A DNA stretch of 124,000 nt from Octopus vulgaris. Lineage: Eukaryota. Shown here one piece after another: positions 1-12,241 of this stretch. Below the pieces are notes generated by a model. The model made no database searches. It saw nothing but the letters and a program-made list of their open reading frames with translations, and was not told the DNA's origin. The stretch covers positions 189,740,001-189,864,000 of the forward strand of contig OX597815.1 in assembly GCA_951406725.2 (NCBI GenBank), written 5' to 3'. The position numbers and the translations under genes are program-made. The first letter of the stretch is position 1, and the number at the start of each line of letters is the position of its first letter.

Positions 1-1080
1 TCGCTTGACAACCGATGCTGGTGTGTTTATGCCCCCGTCACTTAGCTGTTCAGCCAAAAAAGAGACCGATAGAATAAGTACTAGGCTTACTACAAAGAAT
101 AAGTCGTGGGGTCAATTTGCTCAACTAAAGGTGGTGCTCCAGCATGGCCACATTCAAATGACTGAAACAAGTAAAAGTGTATATGTATGTGTGTGTGTGT
201 GTGTAAGTGTGTGTGTGTGTATGTATGTCACACTTCAAAACCACACTTTTTTACTCCTTGAACCAGGACTAAAGTCAGGTTACCTACAGAAAAGAGATTT
301 AATTCCATGCATGCAAGACACTAACAGTTTTGTTCTTTTGTTCAAACCATTACTGCCTTGAAATGAAATTCTTCATTTTTCTCACAAGCAAAAGTTACAC
401 TGCATCTTTGACTTGAAGCTTCCATTACATTATGATTTTTACCTTATCTACAACTGAACAGGTAATTTTGAATTCTGAAGGAGCTGTCTCAAGCAAGCAC
501 AGTATAAATTTTGACTAAGCTATAGCTCATTTTTATCAGGATTGTCAAATGAGTGCTTGTGTTTATAAAATCGATTTATGAATGACAACTCAGTTGCTCC
601 AGTATAATTTTTACATTCATCTCCGTTGTTTATTTCCTTTTTAGCACTACATGTAGAGTAATCGCTCACCATATTGCATTTCACCTATCGCAGTTTATTA
701 TTTAAGCTTACGTCAATATCTCTGTGGTGTTGTTTTGCATTTATAATAAAATAAAAATATACAAATTATAAAAATGATAAAATACACAGTACAGTACTGT
801 TTCTACTTTACAGATTTTCACCTATCGTGGGGTGGGGTTGAGGGTTGGAAAGTAATACCCGTCAATGGATTGCTATAATCAATTTTGCCAAATGGGTACA
901 AATTACCTAGAGGGCAATTCGCATAAATTCTACTGTTACATAACTTTTGTTAACCTTTTATTTACCTGTCTTTTCCATTGAGCTTTATAGCATTATAACC
1001 TCTGATACAACAACCAATCTTCTTACATACTGAATGAATAATCTTAACACAGTTTTTTTTTTATATCTTTCTATACTTAA

Positions 1081-1295
1081 GGCGGCGAGCTGGCACAAAC
1101 GTTAGCACACCGGGCAAAATGCTTAGCTGTATTTCATCTGTCTTTACTTTCTGAGATCAAATCTCACTGAGGTCAACTTTGCCTTTCATCCTTTCGGAGT
1201 CAATAAATCAAGTACCAGTTGCATACTGAGATCGATCTAATCGACTGGCACCTTCCCCAAAAATTTTGGGCCTTGTGCCTAGAGTAGAAAAGAAT
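1081..1295 (+). mobile_element. SINE family 2 copy (tRNA-like head; central domain resembling the Meta/Sauria-type SINE domain)
   Basis: GGCGGCGAGCTGGCA..GTTAGCAC head, B-box-like TCTGAGxTCAAAT, then GACTTTGCCTTTCATCCTTTCGGGGTCGATAAA-type domain; more than 15 related copies in the window. Confidence 0.8.
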
Positions 1296-1994
1296 ATCTT
1301 TATATACTTACGCCCTATCACAAAATTTTAATCAATTAGATTCAGGAATTCTTTAGCTATATTAGTCATTACTATAAGATTAAATACTGCCTTTACCATA
1401 AAATGTTCCTTTGCTTATTCCTGTTCTTACCTGTGCATATCCAGTGTTTTTTAATTATCTAATCTTACCAGAAAACTTACAATTTCTCAGCACCTCATAA
1501 TAATGCCCAGTCCGCATTATAAAGACATTTTCATAAGAAGATATCAAAGATAACATTTTACCAATTTGTCGACCAAGCTCTCCAAGATACTAAGCAGGGG
1601 ATTTGATTGTTGGTGTATGTACACCCAATATCTCATTGGTTTCTGGTATGGTGTGAAGATCTATGTCAGTAATATCAGTGTACCCAGCAAACCATGACGT
1701 GTAAGCTGCATGCTGATTGGTCAAAACCATATTTCAAAAATTCAGTTTGTTGGAGCCTTCTAAGAGGTACAAAAAGCAGAATTCAGTTATTTTACTACAG
1801 TTGTCAAGAACTCAACTGTCAGTTAAATACATTTTGAAATCTGATGATTACTATGAATGTATGAAAATACTAATTGAACTTTAGGAACATTACAAAATAT
1901 GGTTTTAATGTTCAACACAATTCAACATTGTAAAAAAATTGTTTTAAATACAATAATGAAACAGGGGAAAGCCAGATCGTGTTGCAACATTATG

Positions 1995-2179
1995 CCGGTG
2001 GTATGTAAAAAGCACCCACTACACTCTCAGAGTGGTTGATGTTAGGAAGGGCATCCAGCTGTAGAAATACTGCCAAATCAGACTGGAGCCTGGTGCAGCC
2101 TTCTGGCTTCCTAGACCTCAGTCGAACAGTCCAACCCATGCCAGTATGGAAAACAGATGTTAAACGATAATGATGATGA

Positions 2180-2185
<6 letters not shown>
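1995..2185 (+). mobile_element. Family 4 short repeat with (GAT)n tail
   Basis: AAAAAGCACCCACTACACTC..GTTAGGAAGGGCATCCAGCTGTAGAAA..CCAACCCATGC..GTTAAACGATGATGAT; more than 15 copies in the window. Confidence 0.8.
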
Positions 2186-2220
<35 letters not shown>

Positions 2221-2223
2221 TAT

Positions 2224-2523
2224 GTGGAGGCCCAGTGGTTAGGGCAGCGGACTCGCAGTCGTAGGATTGCGGTTTCGATTCCCAGGCCGGGCGTTGTGAG
2301 TGTTTATTGAGCGAAAACACCTAAAGCTCCACTAGGCTCCAGCAGGGGGTGGTGGCGATCCCTGCTGTACTCTTTCGCCACAACTTTCTCTCACTCTTTC
2401 TTCTGTTGGCCTGCTCGCTTAGCCAGCAGGGTGGTGTCATTTGAAGGCTAAAGCAATGCGAAGCGCATTGTGACCAGCAATGTGTAGCAACATCTGATAG
2501 CCTGGTCGGTCATGGTGATCACG

Positions 2524-2530
<7 letters not shown>
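2224..2530 (+). mobile_element. tRNA-derived SINE family 1 copy
   Basis: A-box GGCCCAGTGGTTAGG and B-box GGTTTCGATTCCC, followed by a body shared with copies at ~21105, ~16450(-) and ~70917. Confidence 0.8.
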
Positions 2531-2558
<28 letters not shown>

Positions 2559-3442
2559 TTTAAATGATGTTCAACAAAAATGAGGTTTGATCTTCCAATT
2601 GCTTATATGCACCTCATACCATAACTCCATCCCCTCCATGGTTAACTGTTGCTTACAAATACTCTAAATTCCATGTTTCAGGTTTATTATGCTACACATA
2701 TAATAGCCAAGAAATGGAAAATTGCCAAAGTTTACTTTTGTTTGGCCATTATTATCGATAACCGAAACACCTCCCCTGTTGCAGAAATCTTTAACCCAGC
2801 TAACATATCTGATCTTATTGGCTTTTTACTTATAATTCTTCATTCTTATCCAAGGTCTTTCAGTGCTGTTCTGACACAACATGGTGACATATACATAGAA
2901 TCTGCAACCTTTCAAACATTTGCAAGTTGTTGTTGTATAATTTCTCTTTTAACTGCCTTCTTTGCTCTTTCAAAAACTATCTGTCACCTCTTAGATCTCT
3001 TCTTCTCTCAACAATAACTGTATTCAGTCCTCCTCTTAGCCTTGCTATTCATTATTTAACCAACTCATTAATTAAAGAAATGATCAATTAGTTAGTTGGT
3101 TAGATATTTAGCCGAATGACTAACAATAAAGAAGTGATATTGAACCAGTGCATGTGTTTATCATTACTGGTGTAATGACCCTCCCAAGATGCTACAAGAT
3201 TTATTTCAACCCACAGATTCATATGAAGAATCTTGCAAATCAAATAATGTGAACTATATTATTCCTTGTTCAGTTATTAGTAGTGAAAAAAATATTAGTC
3301 ATAAAATTATTCAATTTCATTTTCCACATTCATATAATATGACTTTGCTCAAGAGTACATTCATCAATACGTTTTTTCCCATTAGTTTCCAGTCGCATGT
3401 TTATTAAATCAAAGTTACAATTAATCCAAGATGACAATTAAA

Positions 3443-3482
<40 letters not shown>

Positions 3483-3894
3483 GCAATGAAGAAAAAATTT
3501 ATTAGAAAAATTTGAAAAGGCAACAGACCAATAAAATGTTTGCATCAACCACATCTATATCTATATCCATGCATGCATACGTACATACATACAAACATAC
3601 ATACATACATACATACATACATACATACATACAAACATATATACATACATACATACATAACATACATGCACACAAACATACATACATACATACATACATA
3701 CATACATACATACATACATACATACAAAGAAACATACATATATATACACATACACACATTTTTTCCCCATCTATCATGGTGCAGTTCTTCCTTTATTACT
3801 ACTTTATTATTAATTCTTAACTCACCAAAATCAGTGATCACAAATATGAACATGTATATCTGCTTGTGTGTGTTTATGTATATTCATATATATG

Positions 3895-4014
<120 letters not shown>

Positions 4015-4450
4015 ACTCTCTCTCCATATATATATATATCACTCTGTATATATATGTGAAGGTGCATCGCATGGCTCAGTGGTTAGACAGTCGAGCTTAC
4101 AATCATGAGGTTGTGAGTTCAAATCCTGGACCGAACTGTGTGTTTTCTTCTTGAGCAAGACACTTTATTTCATGTTGCTCCAGTGGACTCAGCTGTAGAA
4201 ATGAATTGCAACATCACAGGTGCCAAGCTGTATCAGCCTTTGCCTTTCCTTTGGATAACATCGGTGGTGTGGAGAGGGGAAGCTGGTATGCATGGGTGAC
4301 TGCTAGTCTTCCATAAACAACCTTGCCCGGACCTGTTCCTAGGAGGGTAACTTTCTAGGTGCAATCCCATGGTCAGTCATAACCGAAGGAGGTCTCAGCA
4401 GTACATATATGTATATACACACACACACACATATGTATATATATATATAT

Positions 4451-4779
4451 AAATTAGAAAAAATCACCTTTTATCAATTCAAAATGAAAAATTAAATTAC
4501 ACCATCTAGAAAATTACATATAATAGAAATATTAGATATAAGATTTTAAAAAATATACTGATGATTAAGTAATGTGCAAAATAATCAATAAAACGTATAT
4601 ATTTTATAGAATAACATTATTATACCAAATATATACGCTTTATTTATTATTTTGCGCATTACTTAATCATCAGGATATTTTTTTCATCTTATATTTAATA
4701 TTTCTATTATATGTAATTTTCTAGATGGTGTAATTTAATTTTTCATTTAGAATTGATAAAAGGTAGATTTTTCTAATTT
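4451..4779. repeat. ~330-bp TA-flanked palindrome (foldback element)
   Basis: Left arm AAATTAGAAAAAATCACCTTTTATCAATTC.. is the reverse complement of right arm ..GAATTGATAAAAGGTAGATTTTTCTAATTT; arms ~150 bp. Confidence 0.85.
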
Positions 4780-4895
4780 ATTTATATATTATATTTTGTG
4801 AAATTTGATTTAGTATTTATAAATTGAATTTTTCCCTGTAAGTTAGGAATAATATTCCCTCAAATTATTATTATTATTATTATTATTAGTATATA

Positions 4896-4923
<28 letters not shown>

Positions 4924-4926
<3 letters not shown>

Positions 4927-5463
4927 TGTTATATTTCAGAATGGTCATTTTGCCAGTTTAGTCATTAAAAATACACGCACTATATATTTGGTGTTACTTT
5001 GCTTCAGTGTTATTTATTTTTTACATTAATCTTAGTCTTATTTCCGCCAGAGTTCTTTCGTCACACTCCTGTGACCGCATCAGTGGTCCTTTGTTTTCTT
5101 CTTTCTTATTTGTGTCTCTCCTTACTAACCGTCAACCATTTTGTATACAAAATACAAAATGGCTTACGGTTAGTAAGGAGAGACACAAATAAGAAAGAAG
5201 AAAACAAAGGACCACTGATGCGGTGCCATTTGTATTTTGTATACAAAATGGTTGACGGTTAGCAAGGAGAGACACAAATAAGAAAGAAGAAAACAAAGGA
5301 CCACTGATGCGGTCACAGGAGTGTGACGAAAGAACTCTGGCCGAAATAAGATTAAGATTAATGTAAAAAATAAATAACACTGAAGCAAAGTAACACCAAA
5401 TATATAGTGCATGTGTTTTTAATGACTAAACTGGCAAAATGACCATTCCGAAATATAACAATA
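4924..5463. repeat. ~540-bp palindrome with an internally duplicated ~90-bp unit
   Basis: TATTGTTATATTTCAGAATGGTC.. pairs with ..GACCATTCCGAAATATAACAATA; the ORF track shows the same peptide on both strands. Confidence 0.9.
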
Positions 5464-5521
5464 TCTGTTTCAACACACGACTTCACATAAAAAATCTTGC
5501 ACAACAAATATATAAACGTAC

Positions 5522-5616
<95 letters not shown>

Positions 5617-5683
5617 TATACATACATATATATATACATGTATATACATATAATCAAAATAAGCAACAAGGATATCTAAGGTA

Positions 5684-5774
5684 GTGTAGTACAATCGTTT
5701 CATGCTACATCATTTTTATTAAACACAGTAAGTATTACATCAGTTTTAAAATGTAGAGCAATCTTCAGCCACAC
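5684..5774 (-). ncRNA. Type I hammerhead ribozyme motif, family A
   Basis: GUGUGG-CUGAAGA-UUGCUCUACAU..AUGUAGCAU-GAAA-CGAUUG-UA-CUACAC; stem I 6 bp; stem III nearly palindromic; GUA triplet. Confidence 0.7.
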
Positions 5775-7066
5775 ATAGATTTTTTTTAATTAAATGGACA
5801 ATGTACATTTTTATACTTATTTCATTTACCAACATTACAGGTTAATTTCATCATTAAGAATATGGTAGTAGAATGTCCTTGCCCATCTGTAGATTTTTTA
5901 TCATTGAGTTCACTTTGTTATTTAGATCAACCAATGGGAAGGGGGTTTCTTCATTTGTTTCAATAGAGACAAACAAGACATTTTTCTATTTACTCTCTCT
6001 CTCTTTTACTTGTTTCAGTCATTTGACTGCGGCCATGCTGGAGCACCGCCTTTAGGCAAGCAAATCGACCCCGGGACTTATTCTTTGTAAGCCCAGTACT
6101 TATTCTATCGGTCTCTTTTGCCAAACTGCTAAGTGACGGGATGTAAACACATCAGCATTGGTTGTCAAGCAATGCTAGGGGGACAAACACAGACACACAA
6201 ACACACACACACATATATATACATATATACGACAGGCTTCTTTCAGTTTCTGTCTACCAAATCCACTCACAAGGCATTGGTCGGCCCGGGGCTATAGCAA
6301 AAGATACTTGCCCAAGATTCCACACAGTGGGACTGAACCCGCAACCATGTGGTTGGTTAGCAGAGCAAGCTACTTACCACACAGCCACTCCTGTAGAAAG
6401 AAGAAAGGGTAGTACATATGTCAAAGCCATAAATCCATCCTCATTTTGAGGAATTTAACTTAGGCCTATTTGAAAGTATTTTAGCAAAAGTTAGTTGGCT
6501 GAAGCTAGTGGGGTAGGGAGAATAGAGACTACTAATGCTCTAGAGATTTCTAATGTCCCTTACCATTTAACAGCCATAATTTCACTTGTGAATTTTAAAT
6601 AACTATCCTTTAGATAATTTTCCAAAGGATTCCAATAAATTTTAGTACCTTATATAGGGATAGAAAATATAGAGATCATTTCATATTTATCTAAATATAT
6701 ATATATCAATTTCTATTAATATAGATTCACAGTTAGTTAGTAAATAGCGATTTATTTTATTAATAAGTTAAATTAAACAAATATGCTAGACATAATATTT
6801 ACTAACTGTAAAAAAAACCCTTATCAATTAGCACATATATCAAGAGTCTATATGATATATTAAAAAGTAATGGAAGGGAGGTAATCAAGATGGACTAAAT
6901 AATTTCACTAGATATATAGAAGTTTTGCAATCCCATATAAAAGAGTATCAAAATATTCTAATTTCACTTTATTCAAATTTATTTATATTATAAAATTTCT
7001 TAATAATCTATTCAGGTTAAATAAAAGCTAGTATGGTATATAAATTCTTTATTTGGTTACAAAATA

Positions 7067-7330
7067 TTAAGAAAATTTAGGAATGGTCAGAATGCTATTA
7101 TTTAAAATACTTAAAAATACGGGTGGCACAATGTATGCAGGATATCCTAGTTCAAAACGGTTATTCAATAAGTTTATATTATTTGTATCTTTCAAAATTT
7201 CATATGTCTCCATAGAACAAAGTTCACATCCATCCCTACTATTTTTATAGGGCTGTGCCTTTCTTATTATATCCCATTTTAGGTTAAATTCAATATTTTT
7301 TTCTTTCAATTCCCAAATTTTACTGTACAA
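7067..7330 (-). pseudogene. Penelope-type GIY-YIG endonuclease C-terminal fragment
   Basis: IWELKEKNIEFNLKWDIIRKAQPY..CELCSMETYEILK..NLLNNRFEL resembles the PLE endonuclease tail (IWxLK..W.I...A.PY..CxLC..E....NLLN.R.EL). Confidence 0.75.
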
Positions 7331-7469
7331 TATGTGTGATTAGCAAATGAGTGTGTAGGAGTGGCGTGGGAGTTTGAGGTCAATGACAAAAAAGGATGAT
7401 AGCATGCAAAAAAGTGAAAGTTTTGAAATTTTTAAACTTAACTGTCTCAAACCACCCGTTTTCATGATA

Positions 7470-7654
7470 TTTCAGCATCCCTTTGCAGTCCCTTTCAAAT
7501 CATTTCTAGAGGAAGCGATTTGCAGTCCCTTTTAAATCGCTCCCAGAGCACTGTTATTTGCAGTCCCTTTCAAATTGTTTCAAGAGGACTGAAATTTGCA
7601 GTCCCTTTCAAATCACTCCTAGGGGACTGCAGGCCTTACTTTGAGAATCACTGC
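7470..7654. mobile_element. hAT-type MITE end with subterminal tandem repeats
   Basis: TTTGCAGTCCCTTTCAAAT-type motif repeated 4 times at ~37-bp spacing; ends ACTTTGAGAATCACTG (reverse complement CAGTGATTCTCAAAGT). Confidence 0.6.
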
Positions 7655-10101
7655 TTTAGAGCCTTATGCTTTAATCCAGTATGAGCCAAAAACGTTAAAA
7701 AGCTCCCCAGAAATAAATATTTGGTAATGAATATACAATATTAGCATAATCTACTATAATGCATAATATTATATGCAATATTTTATATTAAGAAATATGA
7801 GGAACAATTCCAAATATATTTTGATCATATGATCTCCTCTGTGAACTATGGACTTCATCAAATATGCCAAAGAAATGATGAAAAAATTGTTAAGTAAATG
7901 CACAGAATTGTACAATTGTTCTCAAAGGAAATCAGAGTTGTATAGAAATTCAGAGATGCTATTCATATGAAAAATAATGCATAATTTGATGTTAGCATAT
8001 CTTTTTTGGTTGAGGTCACTAAAAAGTTAAGCAGAAATATATGTCATGAGAAAAAGTATATATATTAGTCAATGAGTAATATTGTTCCTATTTTTTTTTT
8101 CTCCATCAAGTACAAGAGATAACGTGAGACAGATTCTAAGAAGACTTGTTATCAATATGTTCAATTTCCTCAAACTTATGTGACTACAACTCTGCCTCTT
8201 GTCCTATCTTTCCTCTTTCGTAGCACTTATCATTAATAAATTTGTTTCACTTTTACCATTGTTCTGATATTGAATTATTTCCACCTTTGATATAAACTTG
8301 TTGAACAAATTTAGCTGTCCATCGACAAACTATGAACGCAACTATCTATAACACATTGCTAGGCATTGCCTTTGTTAATTAAAATAGGTTTCTAAGTCAT
8401 CAATCATGTTAAGAATCTTCCCTGGTATAGAAAGAAGAGAGAAATCTCAAATAATTTAAAATTTATGGACTGTTTACCCATTCTTTCATGTTTCTGTGTT
8501 CTACATGAATTTTGAGTGTATCTACAAATTATAGATTCTTTTAGCAATAACTCATTTCACATATTTAGATATGGGAGGTACTTGGTACTATCATTCAACA
8601 CAATTCTTTTGTATTCTAGTTTTGCAAGTCAGTAAATAAATTACTTCAGTTCTGTAATATATTACAAATCTTTTAACAAGACATTCGATGTCAAATCTTA
8701 ATCTTTGTTCCAACTTTCTTCAAAAGTCAGACAAAAAGACATTCTTCTTTTCATATATTTCAAAGTTATAATTCTTACACCAAACACTATATATTTCTAA
8801 ACAGATCCAGCCTCTTTAGGAGCAGATTTAAGATAACTTTTTTGTTTTCCAGCTGGTTTACTAAATACTGGCATAAAATAAACCAATTTAGCAATTAAAT
8901 TGATAAAGGGAATAAAAATAAAATTCCCATATCAGCACTTCAAACAGTTGGAAGTTCAAGTTTGACTTCCTTTCTTTTAAAGACACCAGTTATTCTTCCT
9001 TTTATGCTTTCTGGTTTTGGTCATTATACTGCAGCCATGCAATGAGAGTGAGTTCTGTCTTTGAGAATGGTTTGTCTGATATTTCATTGATCTATATTTT
9101 ATTGAATACCAAAGTCACCTCTTGTTACAGTACCATTATTCTAACTAATGGCATTACATCAAATACATAAACAAGGCAGCAAGTTGGCCGAATTGTTAGT
9201 ACACCAGGTGAAATGCTTTGCGACATTTCATCTGTCTTTTATGTTCTGAGTTCAAATTCTGTTGAATTTGATTTTGGCTTTCATCCTGTAAGGGTTGATA
9301 AAATAAATATCAGATGAGCACTGGGGTTGATATAATCAATTTATGCCCACCACTGAACTTGCTGGCCTGTGCCAAAACTTGAAACCATTATATCAGACCC
9401 ATGAACAAAAACACCGAGACACACTATTACATAGATTTACACAAATTATATTGAGTGGCTGTGTGGTACGTAGCTTGCTTACCAACCACATGGTTCCAGG
9501 TTCTGTTCCACTGCATGGCACCGCGGGCAAGTGTCTTCTACTAGTGGTTAGAGCATCGGATCGCTGTCAAGGGATCGCAGGTTCGCATCTCAGACCAGGT
9601 GATGAGTGTGTCTATGAGCAAAACACCTAAGCTCCACGCGGCTCCGGCAGAAGGTAATGGCGAAATTCTGCTGTCCTCCTGCATCTTGCTGCTCATCTGC
9701 GACGGACTGGCGTCCCATCCAGGTGGGGAGCCTATAAGCCAAGGAAACTGGGAAATCGGCCCTTATGAGCCAGGGATGGTTCAAGAATGAAAAAAGAATG
9801 AACAGTGGCTCATCTGCTTCACTGAATCAATCTACTTTGTGTAGTAGTATTGGATTAAATCAAGTTCCACCACCAGCTCGATGCTCTGGTACTTAGTCAA
9901 CAGAAAGATCCTCAGATACCACATAAGAAACTTGATATTGTTTCCCATGACAAAAATGGTAAAAGTGTGTTGATTAACATAGCAATATCAGATGAAGAAT
10001 TGAGCTGAAAGCTGAGGAATTACACCATCTTTGCTATTGAATTAAAAAATATTACAGTATTTATTAAATGTGTTCATCACCATATTGTATTAAGCATCAC
10101 C

Positions 10102-10330
10102 TTAACCCTTTCGTTAACTGTATTTATTTTGAGATGCTCAGTGTTTCTTTCAATTACTTTAAATATAACAAAGAATTTAGTAAAATAACTTAGTTATCAT
10201 TAAGCTAGTGTTAGGAACATAAATTGTGACTAAGGTTTGATGAAAAATTTTAATTCAAAATTTATGTAAACAAGACATTTGTACTACAGAGCCAGAAGTG
10301 GTTTCAGCCAGGTTGGTAACAAAAAGGTTG
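10102..10330. mobile_element. TTAA-CCC (piggyBac-like) MITE, decayed right end
   Basis: Starts TTAACCCTTTCGTTA; a partial reverse copy lies at ~14395-14470. Confidence 0.5.
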
Positions 10331-10906
10331 GGGGATACACAGCTATTTTTGTGAAGATTATCAACCTGTAAGACTGGAGACAAGCACATTCTGAAACAGT
10401 GTAACTTTAGGATCTCTAAATATCACCAGGGCATTATAATATAATAGTTATTGACTTTGTTAGCCTTTGACATCTCTGTCAATTGGTCCTTAATTTTTAA
10501 GTACATTTTATACATAAATATTTTGAGAATGGAGACTCTTGATATCATTCTCAAACCATGAAAACTAAAAATAAACTAGCAAAAAGGAAGAAGAAACCAA
10601 GATTTTTTATTTTTTTTTTTTTTTGCTTGAAGAAAATAAAATTTTTTTAATGATGTGTGATAAGAATGATAGTCAGCTGTAGAGACATCAAATCATTTAG
10701 AAAATTAATTTATTTGGAGACACTTGTCTGTAAAGAATATAGAATAGGAAATATGAGATTTTTATTATAATTTTAAAATTGGAAAGTTCCTAAAATGTAA
10801 TTAGGAGAATTTGTTGGTACAAGGTATTTATTGTTGTTGCGATTTCCTCCTCCCGATAATAATAATAATGATAATAATAATAATAATAATAATGATAATA
10901 ATAATA

Positions 10907-10959
<53 letters not shown>

Positions 10960-12179
10960 AATAATAATACAGTTGTAGTGTTTATTATCTGCTAAGATAA
11001 CAGAAGCTAGAAATATGTCACATTTCAGAATACAACATCATTATAATATTCTTATAATCTTATAAGGTTTGGTCTTATAATCCTATAAGCAAGCAGAATT
11101 GATAACACACTAGGCAAAATGCTCAAAGGCATTTTGTCACTTTATTTTCTGAGTTCAAATTCTGCCAAATCCAATTTTATCTTTCATCCTTTTGGGGTCA
11201 ACAAAATAAGTACCAGTTAAGCACTAGAGTCAATGCAATCAGCTTATCTCTCCCCCAATATTGCCAGCCTTGTGCCAAAAATTGGAACCAATATTCTTAT
11301 AATCTTTAACAGATTTAAGCCACTGGATTTCTGCCATGCTGGGGGCATCATCATCAAGGCTTATCAACTCCAATGGCTTTCTGACTTCTGTGCACGTAAA
11401 AGTACCAACCGATCGTGGTTGCTGTCAGCCTCCCCTGGCACCTGTGCTGGTGGCACGTAAAAAGCACCCACTACACTCAATGAGTGGTTGGCGTTAGGAA
11501 GGGCAACCAGCTGTAGAAACACTGCCAGATCAGACTGGAGCCTGGTGCAGCCTCCTGGCTTCCCAGACCCTGGTCGAACTGTCCAACCTGTGCTAGCAGG
11601 GAAAACGGACATTAAACGATGAGGATGATGATGATGATGATGATGATGAAAAGAGTGACAATAAGGCCAATTCTAGCTCAAAAGGGCCACATCTTGAAAG
11701 AAACTAAATACACTTAGGTATTCTTGTTTCATTCAGATTACAAATACACACTCATCCAAATATGCAATAGACTTCTGGACAGATCCATCTACGAAATTTC
11801 CCTCACTATTTCAGTCACTCAAAGGCTACGGTACAATACAGCTGCCCAGAGTCCTGAATAAAATGACCAAACCCAGAGCCATATGGTTACAAAGTGAATT
11901 TTTTAACATCTCAAACATACCAAGTTATTTATTTCTATTTTATTGATGTGATCAAATGTTAAACAAAATTTCATCCTGTTATTCTTATATTGGTTTCAGT
12001 CATTGGAGAACGGCCATGCTGGGGCACTGTCTTCAAGTATTTTATTTCTGTCCTGTACTTATTTAACTATCAACATCCTTTTCTATTTTTTTTTTTTTTT
12101 TGTCATAGAGGAATGACACATGCTATGTTAATTTACATCAACGCAGACTAATACAGATATGGTCTTTCATACACACTCA

Positions 12180-12241
<62 letters not shown>

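Larger units (their letters stand above)
5640..7330 (-). mobile_element. 5'-truncated Penelope-like retroelement (GIY-YIG C-terminus, AT-rich 3' region, HHR); SINE family 3 nested at ~5995-6395
   Basis: Endonuclease fragment at 7067-7330; downstream non-coding region homologous to 57.3-58.1 kb and 93.7-95.3 kb; ends at (TA)n. Confidence 0.75.

Noticed and set aside
2740-3050. Weak RTE-LINE-like peptide on the minus strand, plus LINE-like traces at ~8100-8450 and ~9860-10060
   Set aside because: Similarity too short and interrupted to support without a translated search.
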